DNA of 64,000 nucleotides from Patescibacteria group bacterium (GTDB taxonomy: Bacteria > Patescibacteriota > Minisyncoccia > Phycocordibacterales > UBA1550): contig JBBTWP010000001.1 in the NCBI GenBank assembly GCA_038062675.1, positions 122,059-186,058 on the forward strand. The letters run 5' to 3'. Made by a program: the position numbers and the translations under genes. The first letter of the stretch is position 1. Each line of letters starts with the position of its first letter. Below are positions 1-7,993 of the stretch, piece after piece. The notes beneath the pieces were generated by a model. That model worked only from the letters and a program-made list of their open reading frames with translations. It searched no databases and was not told where the DNA came from.

Positions 1-139
1 ACTTCTGTGGAAACAAAAAGAGAAAAGTGCCACAGAAGGCCGTAACCTTCGGTGGGAACGTGTCACAGAAGTATTCCCCAACACCCCACAACTCGTCTTC
101 TACTGTTCCAGTATATCTTTCGTTCACGCTACACCTCCG

Positions 140-601
140 CTACCAATGTTGACTGACAGGTTTTTGCTTAAGCCATTCTTGTATTCGACGTGTGGTGCCC
201 GGCGATGTTTTGTCTGGCAACATGCGAGGATTAAAGAAATTCCACATTTCTATTTCGAAATGTTTTTTCGGGGAAAGGGTAAATGAAGTGACGACAAAAA
301 CGGTAACGGTATCTTTTTTATACTCGTATGTGTTTTGATATTCTCCCAGCATTACGACTTGAAATATGTCCACAACTCCGAGCTCTTCCTTGAGTTCCCT
401 TCGTATTGTTTCTTCTTCAGACTCATTCCTTTTTGACTTGCCTCCGGGAAGAAACCACCCTTCGCCATATTTGTGTCGGACGAGAATGATGTCCCCAGCA
501 GGGTTTACAAGAATGGCCCGCGCACCTTTCGTGGTTGGGCGGACGAGCCACCAATAACACCTCCTTATTTTTAGAACAATTTGTAAAAGTAATTTCATCA
601 T
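140..601 (-). CDS. NUDIX hydrolase
   Basis: Nudix box GGKSKRNESEEETIRRELKEELGV (GX5EX7REUXEEXGU pattern) in a 153-aa ORF. Confidence 0.8.
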   Translation of the reverse strand: MMKLLLQIVLKIRRCYWWLVRPTTKGARAILVNPAGDIILVRHKYGEGWFLPGGKSKRNESEEETIRRELKEELGVVDIFQVVMLGEYQNTYEYKKDTVTVFVVTSFTLSPKKHFEIEMWNFFNPRMLPDKTSPGTTRRIQEWLKQKPVSQHW

Positions 602-705
602 AGTGTTTCCTTTTTGTTAAAGAACAAAAAACCCTGTTTGCATAATAACACAAAAAATAAAAAAGTACAGCTGTGGAGTCACCTGCCCAAAAAAACCTCG
701 TTCAA

Positions 706-1146
706 TCACCCCAAGTCAAGCACTTTCGGCATGGCGAATATAGCGCTCGGGTCTTTTTTCCACACATCTGACACGTCGGCATAGAGCTCGAGCTCATTGC
801 CATCAAGGTCGAGAATATAGATGCTGTGGGTGACGGTGTGGTCGGTCGTGCCAAGGATTTTCACCCCTTCTTTTTTGAGGTGTTGATATACCTCGCGAAG
901 CTCTTCGGTGCTGTTGCCGACTTTGAAACCAATGTGGTAGAGCCCGGGTTCGACGCCATGCGTGCGTGGGGTGCCACCTACCTCGATGAGGAGCATTTCA
1001 TGGTGTGTGCGCCCGGCAGAAAATATTGCCATCCCTGGCTGTCCTGCTTCAATCTCATGGAAGCCCAATGTGTCGCGATAAAACCCCGCCATCTTTTTAA
1101 TATCGGTCACATACAACACCACATGCCCCAGCTCATGAATTTTCAT
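706..1146 (-). CDS. VOC/glyoxalase-extradiol dioxygenase family protein
   Basis: MKIHELGHVVLYVTD...HIGFKV paired beta-alpha-beta-beta-beta module typical of glyoxalase/bleomycin-resistance fold. Start moved to the internal ATG at 1146-1144, which sits 6 nt downstream of a TGGTATAAT box on the minus strand (leaderless). Confidence 0.7.
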   Translation of the reverse strand: MKIHELGHVVLYVTDIKKMAGFYRDTLGFHEIEAGQPGMAIFSAGRTHHEMLLIEVGGTPRTHGVEPGLYHIGFKVGNSTEELREVYQHLKKEGVKILGTTDHTVTHSIYILDLDGNELELYADVSDVWKKDPSAIFAMPKVLDLG

Positions 1147-1457
1147 TCGACCATTATACCACTGCGACAAAACTCCGCACTTGTGTCGCATTTGCTTGTG
1201 AAGCTCAAGTGCGCACAAACGCACACCCGTTGCCTTGCTGGGTACAATTTGCTATACTTTTTGTATGAAAGATATCTATATTTCCAGCGGGCTTTTCGCA
1301 AGACCTTCTTTTGTCGAGGGGGTATCACGAGTAATGGATTTGGGCGCAACCCTCCAAGAGTACAATATTTCAGAGACAGAACAAGAAGCTGACATAAAAG
1401 CACTTAAAAATGACTGGCAAGTGGTCGGGGGGGATTTAAACTTTTCTATAAAAACCT

Positions 1458-1868
1458 ATGAACAAGGGCTTGCAAAATAATCTTAACCAAAATCAGTTAG
1501 TGATTCAGCAAAGCTCGGTTCAGTCGTTTTCTGGACCACTTCCGCATCCAGATATCCTGCGCAAATTTAATGAGGTGCTTCCTGGGGCTGCTGAAAGAAT
1601 TATAAAAATGGCCGAGGACCAATCTGCGCACAGAAAATGGCTTGAGAAAAAGGTGATTGATTCTGACATCTCTCGCTCAAAATGGGGGCAAATTCTCGGT
1701 TTTATCATGGGGATGACGGGGATTGTTGCTTCGGTTGTTATCGCAATTTTTGGGAGTCCAATCGCAGGCAGTATTATGGGTGTTGGTACTCTCGCCTCAC
1801 TTGTGGGAGTCTTTATGTATGGCTCAAAGACTCGAAGCAAAGAAAGAGAGAAGGGGAAGGAAGAGTAG
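1458..1868 (+). CDS. DUF2335-like membrane protein
   Basis: GPLPHPDILRKFNEVLPGAAERIIKMAEDQSAHRKWLE motif followed by two C-terminal TM helices. Confidence 0.55.
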   Translation: MNKGLQNNLNQNQLVIQQSSVQSFSGPLPHPDILRKFNEVLPGAAERIIKMAEDQSAHRKWLEKKVIDSDISRSKWGQILGFIMGMTGIVASVVIAIFGSPIAGSIMGVGTLASLVGVFMYGSKTRSKEREKGKEE

Positions 1869-1980
1869 GCATTCTTGGGAAAATTTACTAGAAAGACGGA
1901 ATTATTTTTGTGCAGAGGTTTAACTTTTTTTGGAAGAAGAAACGTGTTGATTATTTCACAAAAGGGAGTACTATGGAGGT

Positions 1981-3486
1981 ATGAAAAAGATATTAATCTC
2001 ACTAGTGTTTGTTGCTCTTGTTGCACCACAAATCGCTCTCGCGTCCTGGTGGAATCCGTTTACATGGAAGATTTTTACCAAACCAACGGAGGTGCCGATT
2101 GAAGAGCCAAAAAAACAAATCATAGAAGTTGAGGATCAAAAGGCAATCATAACCGCCACGAGTACTGTAAAGGTTGAGCAACCAAAAAGGGAAGTGGCCG
2201 AGTCAAAAAAAGAGTCAATTGATTCTCGCGCAAGTGAAATTGCAAAACTGAAAAAGGAAGTGGAGGAGTTGAAGAGGGTGCAAAGCACAATACAGGTTGT
2301 GGTAAAACAGCCAGTCCCACCTCCTGAAATTGCTAAAGTTACAAAACCAGTAGTCCTCATTGTTCCACAAGTGGAAGAAAAAAAGATGAACACCGTGTCT
2401 TTCCCAAATGGATCTGTTGCCGAAATAGATACAAGTGGGAATATTGTGCGATGGATAAAAGAGGTGCCTCAGCAAGCATACATTTCTCCCACATCAACAC
2501 AGGATCAAGTTTCAGTGACAGTTCAAATCTCATCAATTAATGTTGTTGCAACGGTTAATTCAGCCAGAATTGAATGGCAAACAAACACCCCAACAAACTC
2601 AAAAGTCTTCCTTTCTGGGTGGATGGTGGAAGGGGCGAAGGCGGATGAGAGAATGGTGCGACTACAAGAGGTTTATAACTCCGAATCTGGGTTATCTACT
2701 CGACACATGGTCAATGTATCAGGACTAAGTAGTGGTACAAATTACTCGTACGAGATTGAATCTATTAACGGGAACCAACAAGTTGCAAAAAAGGTTGGGT
2801 TATTCACAACGAATGCACCAAAACCAGACGAATATACTATCTCCGTACAACCTGATAAAATTTCAGTACCTGCCAGCGGTTGGCATAGTGTTTCTATTAA
2901 AGTTAGCACTCTCAAAAACGGACAGAGTCAGTCCAATCAAAATGTTTTAATAACCACCCCAGATTCCTCTCAAAACCGCTCCAGCAGCAATGGAAACAAT
3001 ACCTTCACCTATTATCCAAAGACAGTTGGAGCGCATAAGTTAGATTTTTCATGGAACGGAGTTACTAAGAGTGTTGATATTCAGGCAACTTCTTATCAAA
3101 AGGTAGAACAGATTACCCTTAATGTTTTAGATAGTAATGTGATTATTCCATTAGGAACTACAAATTATATTATTGGCAAGTTTACATTATCGGGGTCTGA
3201 TGAATTAACTCGCATCACGAAGGCTACTCTGGACTCTACTAGTCAGAAAAATTTAATTGGATTTTGGGATGGAAGCACGTCAATTGGTCAGAGTGGTGGT
3301 ACTGTCATATCATTTACCGGGGAACGAGCATCCGACTCATTAACAATTACGCTTAGGTCCAGCGAGGTTGTAGATGTTGGGAAACATACCATAACAATTA
3401 ACTCAATCGAGATGATTGGACAAAATTCTGGCACAACTCGCCAAGTTTCTGGTCTACCTATTACTTTTCACTACGAAGTTCAATAA
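1981..3486 (+). CDS. secreted surface protein (signal peptide, coiled-coil, FN3/Ig-like repeats)
   Basis: N-terminal signal peptide MKKILISLVFVALVAPQIALA. Charged coiled-coil segment, then beta-rich repeats (ARIEWQTNTPTNSKVFLSG...GTNYSYEIESI, resembling FN3). Confidence 0.65.
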   Translation: MKKILISLVFVALVAPQIALASWWNPFTWKIFTKPTEVPIEEPKKQIIEVEDQKAIITATSTVKVEQPKREVAESKKESIDSRASEIAKLKKEVEELKRVQSTIQVVVKQPVPPPEIAKVTKPVVLIVPQVEEKKMNTVSFPNGSVAEIDTSGNIVRWIKEVPQQAYISPTSTQDQVSVTVQISSINVVATVNSARIEWQTNTPTNSKVFLSGWMVEGAKADERMVRLQEVYNSESGLSTRHMVNVSGLSSGTNYSYEIESINGNQQVAKKVGLFTTNAPKPDEYTISVQPDKISVPASGWHSVSIKVSTLKNGQSQSNQNVLITTPDSSQNRSSSNGNNTFTYYPKTVGAHKLDFSWNGVTKSVDIQATSYQKVEQITLNVLDSNVIIPLGTTNYIIGKFTLSGSDELTRITKATLDSTSQKNLIGFWDGSTSIGQSGGTVISFTGERASDSLTITLRSSEVVDVGKHTITINSIEMIGQNSGTTRQVSGLPITFHYEVQ

Positions 3487-3492
3487 AAGAAT

Positions 3493-3747
3493 ATGAATAA
3501 AAATATAAAAATTATTTTAACTATTGCGATATTTATTATTGGTGTCTGGACTTACGGTCACTCAAAAGCAAAAGACAATTGTCGACAAAAAATATCATAT
3601 TACCCAGCAAGAGAAACACCTGATTTTATGGGTGGGATAAGTAAGGAGTCTGCTTATTTTCAATACTTTGACTCAAACATTAACAAATTTGAATCAAGAG
3701 AAGAAGCAATGGAGTATTGCATCTCAGGAAAAGGAAATAAAGAATAA
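3493..3747 (+). CDS. small membrane-anchored hypothetical protein
   Basis: 84-aa ORF with N-terminal TM helix, 6 nt after the previous stop, same strand. Confidence 0.4.
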   Translation: MNKNIKIILTIAIFIIGVWTYGHSKAKDNCRQKISYYPARETPDFMGGISKESAYFQYFDSNINKFESREEAMEYCISGKGNKE

Positions 3748-3753
3748 ATTTTT

Positions 3754-4176
3754 ATGCACCAACTAAAAGTTATTCAGGGGAAATCAGAGGAAATAAATAA
3801 GGATATTATTCGCGTTCATGAGTCCGAAAGAAAAACAAGCAGTGGCAAAAAAATTAAAACCGGCATGGTTTGCAAGGTTTTTGCGGGGGGAACCAACAAA
3901 AGTACTTACGCAATTTTAAGAGGTCACTTAAGTGAAAAGGAGGATAAACAGAACATCTGTATTGATGAAACCTTACGAGAAAAACTCACTGTAGCCGTAA
4001 GTAAATCCTATGAGTTTGAGTTTAGGGAAGCAAGTCGTTGGTGGGGTTGGTGGCGTTGGGCATGGGGTGCTAGTGATCCTGGCTACCAAATTAGCATAAG
4101 AATTGCAGTTGTCCTCGGATTTTTTTCTATAATACTAGGACTAGCTCCTTTTTTGCTTGCATACTTTAAATGTTAA
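3754..4176 (+). CDS. hypothetical protein with C-terminal TM anchor
   Basis: 140-aa ORF, tightly spaced after 3493..3747. Trp-rich segment then a C-terminal hydrophobic helix. Confidence 0.4.
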   Translation: MHQLKVIQGKSEEINKDIIRVHESERKTSSGKKIKTGMVCKVFAGGTNKSTYAILRGHLSEKEDKQNICIDETLREKLTVAVSKSYEFEFREASRWWGWWRWAWGASDPGYQISIRIAVVLGFFSIILGLAPFLLAYFKC

Positions 4177-4196
4177 TAAATCAAGGAGGGCAAGAG

Positions 4197-4272
4197 CGGC
4201 GTGGTATAATAACGATATGCTAAAAACAGGACAACAAGCGCCGCTTGATATCGTGGTCACAGATGGTGAAGG
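4197..4272. repeat. direct repeat copy A (duplicated bcp promoter + first 19 codons)
   Basis: 76 bp, about 68/76 identical to 4765..4840. Contains TGGTATAAT (4202-4210) and the ATG at 4217. Confidence 0.85.
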
Positions 4273-4300
4273 CGCGCCTGCTCGCTCGAAAAAATATTGA
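4217..4300 (+). pseudogene. truncated 5-prime remnant of bcp (27 codons)
   Basis: Encodes MLKTGQQAPLDIVVTDGEG, identical or near-identical to the Bcp N-terminus at 4785, then diverges and stops at 4298. Confidence 0.6.
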
Positions 4301-4303
4301 GTT

Positions 4304-4738
4304 ATGAATAAAAAGATTTACATTGGAGTATATGGAATTATTATTAATGATGGGAGGATCCTCCTCATTAAAAAGGCAAGGGGGCCGTACAAGGGGATGT
4401 ACGATCTTCCTGGTGGCGGAATAGAATATGGTGAGTCGTTTGAAAAAACACTTGAACGTGAATTCCTTGAAGAAACGGGGCTAAAGGTTAGATCGCTTAA
4501 GTTTATTCAAAACAATCAATTCACGGCGGAGTATAAGAATAGCAAAGGGGAAGAACATGGCCTACATCACATCGGTGTATATTACTCGGTAGAATCAGAA
4601 GCAGGCAGTAATATTAAAACTGATGCTGATGGTGAGGATTCTCTTGGTGCTGAATACATTGATATCAACAAGCTTCCGGATATAGAGATTTCGCCAATCG
4701 CACGACCTGTAGTAGAAAGATTTCTTAAATACATCTAG
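4304..4738 (+). CDS. NUDIX hydrolase
   Basis: Nudix box GGGIEYGESFEKTLEREFLEETGL. Lies between the two bcp-derived repeats. Confidence 0.8.
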   Translation: MNKKIYIGVYGIIINDGRILLIKKARGPYKGMYDLPGGGIEYGESFEKTLEREFLEETGLKVRSLKFIQNNQFTAEYKNSKGEEHGLHHIGVYYSVESEAGSNIKTDADGEDSLGAEYIDINKLPDIEISPIARPVVERFLKYI

Positions 4739-4764
4739 TCAATGTATCAAGCTGAGATTCGTAA

Positions 4765-4840
4765 CGGCGTGGTATAATCATAGTATGTTAAAAATAGGAC
4801 AACAAGCGCCGCTTGATATTGTGGTCACGGATGGTGAAGG
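4765..4840. repeat. direct repeat copy B (native bcp promoter/5-prime end)
   Basis: Partner of 4197..4272. Confidence 0.85.
4770..4787 (+). promoter_or_regulatory. extended -10 promoter with leaderless start (TGGTATAAT-N6-ATG)
   Basis: TGGTATAAT at 4770-4778, with the bcp ATG 6 nt downstream. The same architecture occurs at 4202-4219 and, on the minus strand, at 1161-1144. Confidence 0.5.
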
Positions 4841-5255
4841 GAAGGAGGTGTCGCTCAAAGACATGCTGGGGTCGTATGTGGTGTTGTACGCATACCCAAA
4901 AGACCAAACGCCAGGGTGCGTGAAGGAGGCGTGCAGTATTCGTGATGTGTATGGGGAGTTCAAGGAGCTTGGCGTGACGGTCGTTGGTATTAGTGCGGAC
5001 AGTGCGAGCTCGCATAAAAAGTTTACCGATGCGCACAAGCTTAATTTTCCTCTGTGGTCGGATGTGAACCACGAGCTTTTGACCGCACTCGGTGTCTGGG
5101 GTGAAAAGAAATTCATGGGCAAGACATATATGGGTATTGCGCGCACAACATTTTTAATCGACAAAGAGGGGATTGTGGCGCACGTCTGGGAGAAGGTAAA
5201 ACCCGAAGGTCACGGCGAGGAAGTGCTTGATTTCGTGAAGAAGATTGTTATGTAA
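4785..5255 (+). CDS. bcp: thiol peroxidase Bcp (peroxiredoxin)
   Basis: YPKDQTPGCVKEAC peroxidatic Cys motif, AhpC/TSA fold, 156 aa. Confidence 0.85.
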   Translation: MLKIGQQAPLDIVVTDGEGKEVSLKDMLGSYVVLYAYPKDQTPGCVKEACSIRDVYGEFKELGVTVVGISADSASSHKKFTDAHKLNFPLWSDVNHELLTALGVWGEKKFMGKTYMGIARTTFLIDKEGIVAHVWEKVKPEGHGEEVLDFVKKIVM

Positions 5256-5304
5256 TAAAAGCGCTTATTTCCTAGGCCTTTTCTTGTGCTAAAATGGGCA
5301 GATA

Positions 5305-6135
5305 ATGCCAAAAGAGCGCAAACTACGACGGGAGGAGATTGAGGCCTTTAGGGCGCAGATTTGGGCGTTTTATAGTGCTTGTGGGAGGCATGACCTGCCG
5401 TGGCGGGTGACGAAAGACCCCTATAAAATACTGGTCTCGGAGGTGATGCTTCAGCAGACGCAGGTGGCGCGGGTGGAGGAAAAATTCCCGAAATTTTTAT
5501 GGAAGTTTCCGACAGTGGGGGAGCTGGCAAAGGCGCCACTCAAAGAGGTGCTCGCGGTGTGGGCGGGGATGGGGTACAATCGTCGAGCACTTGCGCTCAA
5601 ACGTTGTGCAGAAAAAATTGTAGCCGAGCATAGAGGGAAAGTTCCAAGGGGGCGCGACGAGCTCGAAGCGCTACCCGGGATTGGTCCCTACACTGCTGGT
5701 GCGATTCGCGCATTTGCATTTGATGAACCGGAAGTTTTTATCGAGACGAATATTCGACGGGTGTTTATTCATCAGTTTTTTGGTAACCAAGAGGGGATAG
5801 GTGACAAAGAAATTTTGCCACTGGTGGAGGCGACGCTCGACCGTGGGCAACCACGTGAATGGTACTGGGCGCTCATGGACTATGGTGCAGAGTTGCCCAA
5901 AGTCGTGCGAAAAAATCCGAACGTGCAGAGCAGACACTATGTAAAACAAAGTACGTTCAAGGGGTCGCTACGGGAGGTGCGGGGGAAGATAGTTCGTGTG
6001 TTGAGTGAGGGGTCGGGGACGCTGGTGGCGATTCGCCGTGCGTGCGAGGGTGACGCACGTACGAAAGAAGCGCTCGATGCGCTCACAAAAGATGGCTTAG
6101 TATATTATGAAAAAAGAAAATACCAACTTGCCTAA
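5305..6135 (+). CDS. HhH-GPD DNA glycosylase, MutY-like N-terminal domain
   Basis: VSEVMLQQTQV, then GMGYNRRALALKRCA and LPGIGPYTAGAI (HhH-GPD). No obvious 4Cys cluster. Overlaps nth by 29 nt. Confidence 0.65.
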   Translation: MPKERKLRREEIEAFRAQIWAFYSACGRHDLPWRVTKDPYKILVSEVMLQQTQVARVEEKFPKFLWKFPTVGELAKAPLKEVLAVWAGMGYNRRALALKRCAEKIVAEHRGKVPRGRDELEALPGIGPYTAGAIRAFAFDEPEVFIETNIRRVFIHQFFGNQEGIGDKEILPLVEATLDRGQPREWYWALMDYGAELPKVVRKNPNVQSRHYVKQSTFKGSLREVRGKIVRVLSEGSGTLVAIRRACEGDARTKEALDALTKDGLVYYEKRKYQLA

Positions 6136-6730
6136 AATCATGCGTGTCCTCACGCGGCTTCTTCCTGACCCCAAGTGCGCCCTCAACTACAGCACGCCAT
6201 TTGAGCTTCTTGTTGCGGTCGTGTTGTCTGCGCAGTGCACTGACAAGAAGGTGAATGAGGTGACGGAGAAGCTTTTTAAAAAATACCGCACACTCAATGA
6301 CTATGTGAATGCAGACCCGCGCACGTTTGAGCAAGACATTTTCTCGACGGGATTTTATAAAAACAAAACAAAAAATATTCTTGCGGCGGCGGACGCAGTC
6401 AAAAAAGATTTTGCAGGAAAAATTCCAAAAACGATGGGGGAGATGGTCACGATTCCCGGCGTGGGGAGGAAGACGGCGAACGTGGTCTTGGGCGAGCATT
6501 ATGGATATGCAGAGGGGATTGCGGTTGATACGCACGTCATCCGGCTTACAAGACTTTTGGGGCTCACCAAACACCGCGACGCGGTGAAGATAGAACGCGA
6601 CCTGATGGAGATTGTCCCCAAAAAAGACTGGGTGCGATTTTCGCATCTGCTTATCTTGTACGGGCGCGCGTATTGTCCGGCGCATTGCAAGCACAAGGAC
6701 TGTCCGCTCGCGAAATTTTATAGCATCTGA
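6107..6730 (+). CDS. nth: endonuclease III
   Basis: LSAQCTDKKVN and IPGVGRKTANVVL HhH-GPD motifs, plus the C-terminal CPAHCKHKDCPLAKF 4Fe-4S Cys cluster. Confidence 0.85.
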   Translation: MKKENTNLPKIMRVLTRLLPDPKCALNYSTPFELLVAVVLSAQCTDKKVNEVTEKLFKKYRTLNDYVNADPRTFEQDIFSTGFYKNKTKNILAAADAVKKDFAGKIPKTMGEMVTIPGVGRKTANVVLGEHYGYAEGIAVDTHVIRLTRLLGLTKHRDAVKIERDLMEIVPKKDWVRFSHLLILYGRAYCPAHCKHKDCPLAKFYSI

Positions 6731-6742
6731 TAAAATACTTTT

Positions 6743-7060
6743 ATGGATAAACCAACTCAAGTTCCAGCAAATGGATTCTATTACCACTACAAACATAATC
6801 AAGCGGGTGAAATAAATAACTACGCGTATGAAGTGATAGGTCTCGGGCTTCATACCGAAGAAAGAAATTATACGGTTTTGTATCGTCCACTCTATAAAAA
6901 TACTTTTCTTGCTCCAGCAAATTATTGTGCTCGTCCATACGATATGTTTATAGGGACTGTTGAGAAAGATGGTAAAATAATTCCACGGTTTCAAAAAATT
7001 TTAGACCCAGACATAATTGGGAAGCTAAGGATCATAAAAGAGGGGATGTATGACAATTAA
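6743..7060 (+). CDS. DUF1653 family protein
   Basis: YYHYK...YEVIGLGLHTEE...VLYRPLY...RPYDMF pattern. Confidence 0.5.
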   Translation: MDKPTQVPANGFYYHYKHNQAGEINNYAYEVIGLGLHTEERNYTVLYRPLYKNTFLAPANYCARPYDMFIGTVEKDGKIIPRFQKILDPDIIGKLRIIKEGMYDN

Positions 7061-7144
7061 TTGAGCGCTTTATTTGTTGATGAAAAGGTAAGGGGAAGGG
7101 AAAGCCACGAGAGGGGCTCCGCGGGGGTATTCTAGGGGCATTGG

Positions 7145-7199
7145 TATTTTACGATAGTATGTCGCACAATATATCTTTTGCGACATACTATCGTAAAAT
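7145..7199. terminator. bidirectional hairpin, 19-bp perfect stem
   Basis: TTTTACGATAGTATGTCGC / GCGACATACTATCGTAAAA arms with T and A runs on either side, lying between convergent genes. Confidence 0.5.
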
Positions 7200-7274
7200 T
7201 ATGGTAGAGAAAGAGACATTTAAGAAAAAGGTGCGTCCGGTTGGGACGCACCAAGGCGGTGGTATTTATTTCGA

Positions 7275-7526
7275 CTATTTCTTTTCTCCTTCGTGCGCGA
7301 GGTGTTTGGTTGCTGCCTGTGCATGCTTCGTAAATTCGGCAAAGGTAATCTTGTCGGTGGGTTCTTTGCATCGGTCGCAGAGTACTAATTTTTCTACGGA
7401 GCCCGCTTCGTCGTAGTATGTATACAATTTGAGCCATGCTTGATATCCGGCACAGATGGTACAAACACCACGGTTTAGGTCGGGATTTGACGGCGTACGC
7501 CCCAGAAACTGCCAGTAGCTGAACAT
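7275..7526 (-). CDS. small zinc-ribbon protein (CxxC...CxxC)
   Basis: CTIC...CDRC pairs in an 83-aa ORF. Confidence 0.45.
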   Translation of the reverse strand: MFSYWQFLGRTPSNPDLNRGVCTICAGYQAWLKLYTYYDEAGSVEKLVLCDRCKEPTDKITFAEFTKHAQAATKHLAHEGEKK

Positions 7527-7651
7527 GATATACCCTCACTTGGCTGTGCGTGTGTAGGTTAGCAGAAACAAGACTCTCTTTCCCAAGGGTACCACAAATG
7601 ATTAAGAGCGCACAATAGAAAGAACTAAATCTCTGAGCTAAGGCGCTGAGC

Positions 7652-7879
7652 CTAGCTAAAAAGGCCTTCGAGATTTCCTTTAATGAACGTCCATATTGGC
7701 GCTAAGTATTCAAACCAAATATTTTTGAGAAATTCCCAAATTGTTTGAAATAGTGGCGATGTAAATATTTTTTCTAAAATTGCACGAAGATCGATATTGT
7801 AATACGCGAGCGCGCCAATGATAACTATGGCGATAAGAATCACTTTAGTAAAGCCTTTATTTGAGAGAGTTTTTTTCAT
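7652..7879 (-). CDS. small membrane protein
   Basis: 75-aa ORF with one TM helix. Confidence 0.35.
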   Translation of the reverse strand: MKKTLSNKGFTKVILIAIVIIGALAYYNIDLRAILEKIFTSPLFQTIWEFLKNIWFEYLAPIWTFIKGNLEGLFS

Positions 7880-7993
7880 ACCATTTTTAATTGCTTACCT
7901 ATTATTATATCCTACCTCTCCCCTTTTTGTAAGCACGAAGGGTAGGGCATGTCGCACAATATTAATCGCTATTTAGAAAATTAAAATAAATTA

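Noticed and set aside
940-960. GGTTCGA T-loop-like motif (tRNA?)
   Set aside because: It lies inside the VOC-family CDS and has no acceptor or anticodon stem context. I could not locate any convincing tRNA cloverleaf by eye elsewhere either, though a tRNAscan run would be needed to be sure.
1235-1480. 81-aa plus-strand ORF upstream of the DUF2335 gene
   Set aside because: It has no SD, it overlaps the DUF2335 start in another frame, and it has no recognisable features. It may be real but I cannot support it.
6083-6994. 303-aa minus-strand ORF
   Set aside because: It is antisense to the well-supported nth and MutY-like genes and has no recognisable motifs.
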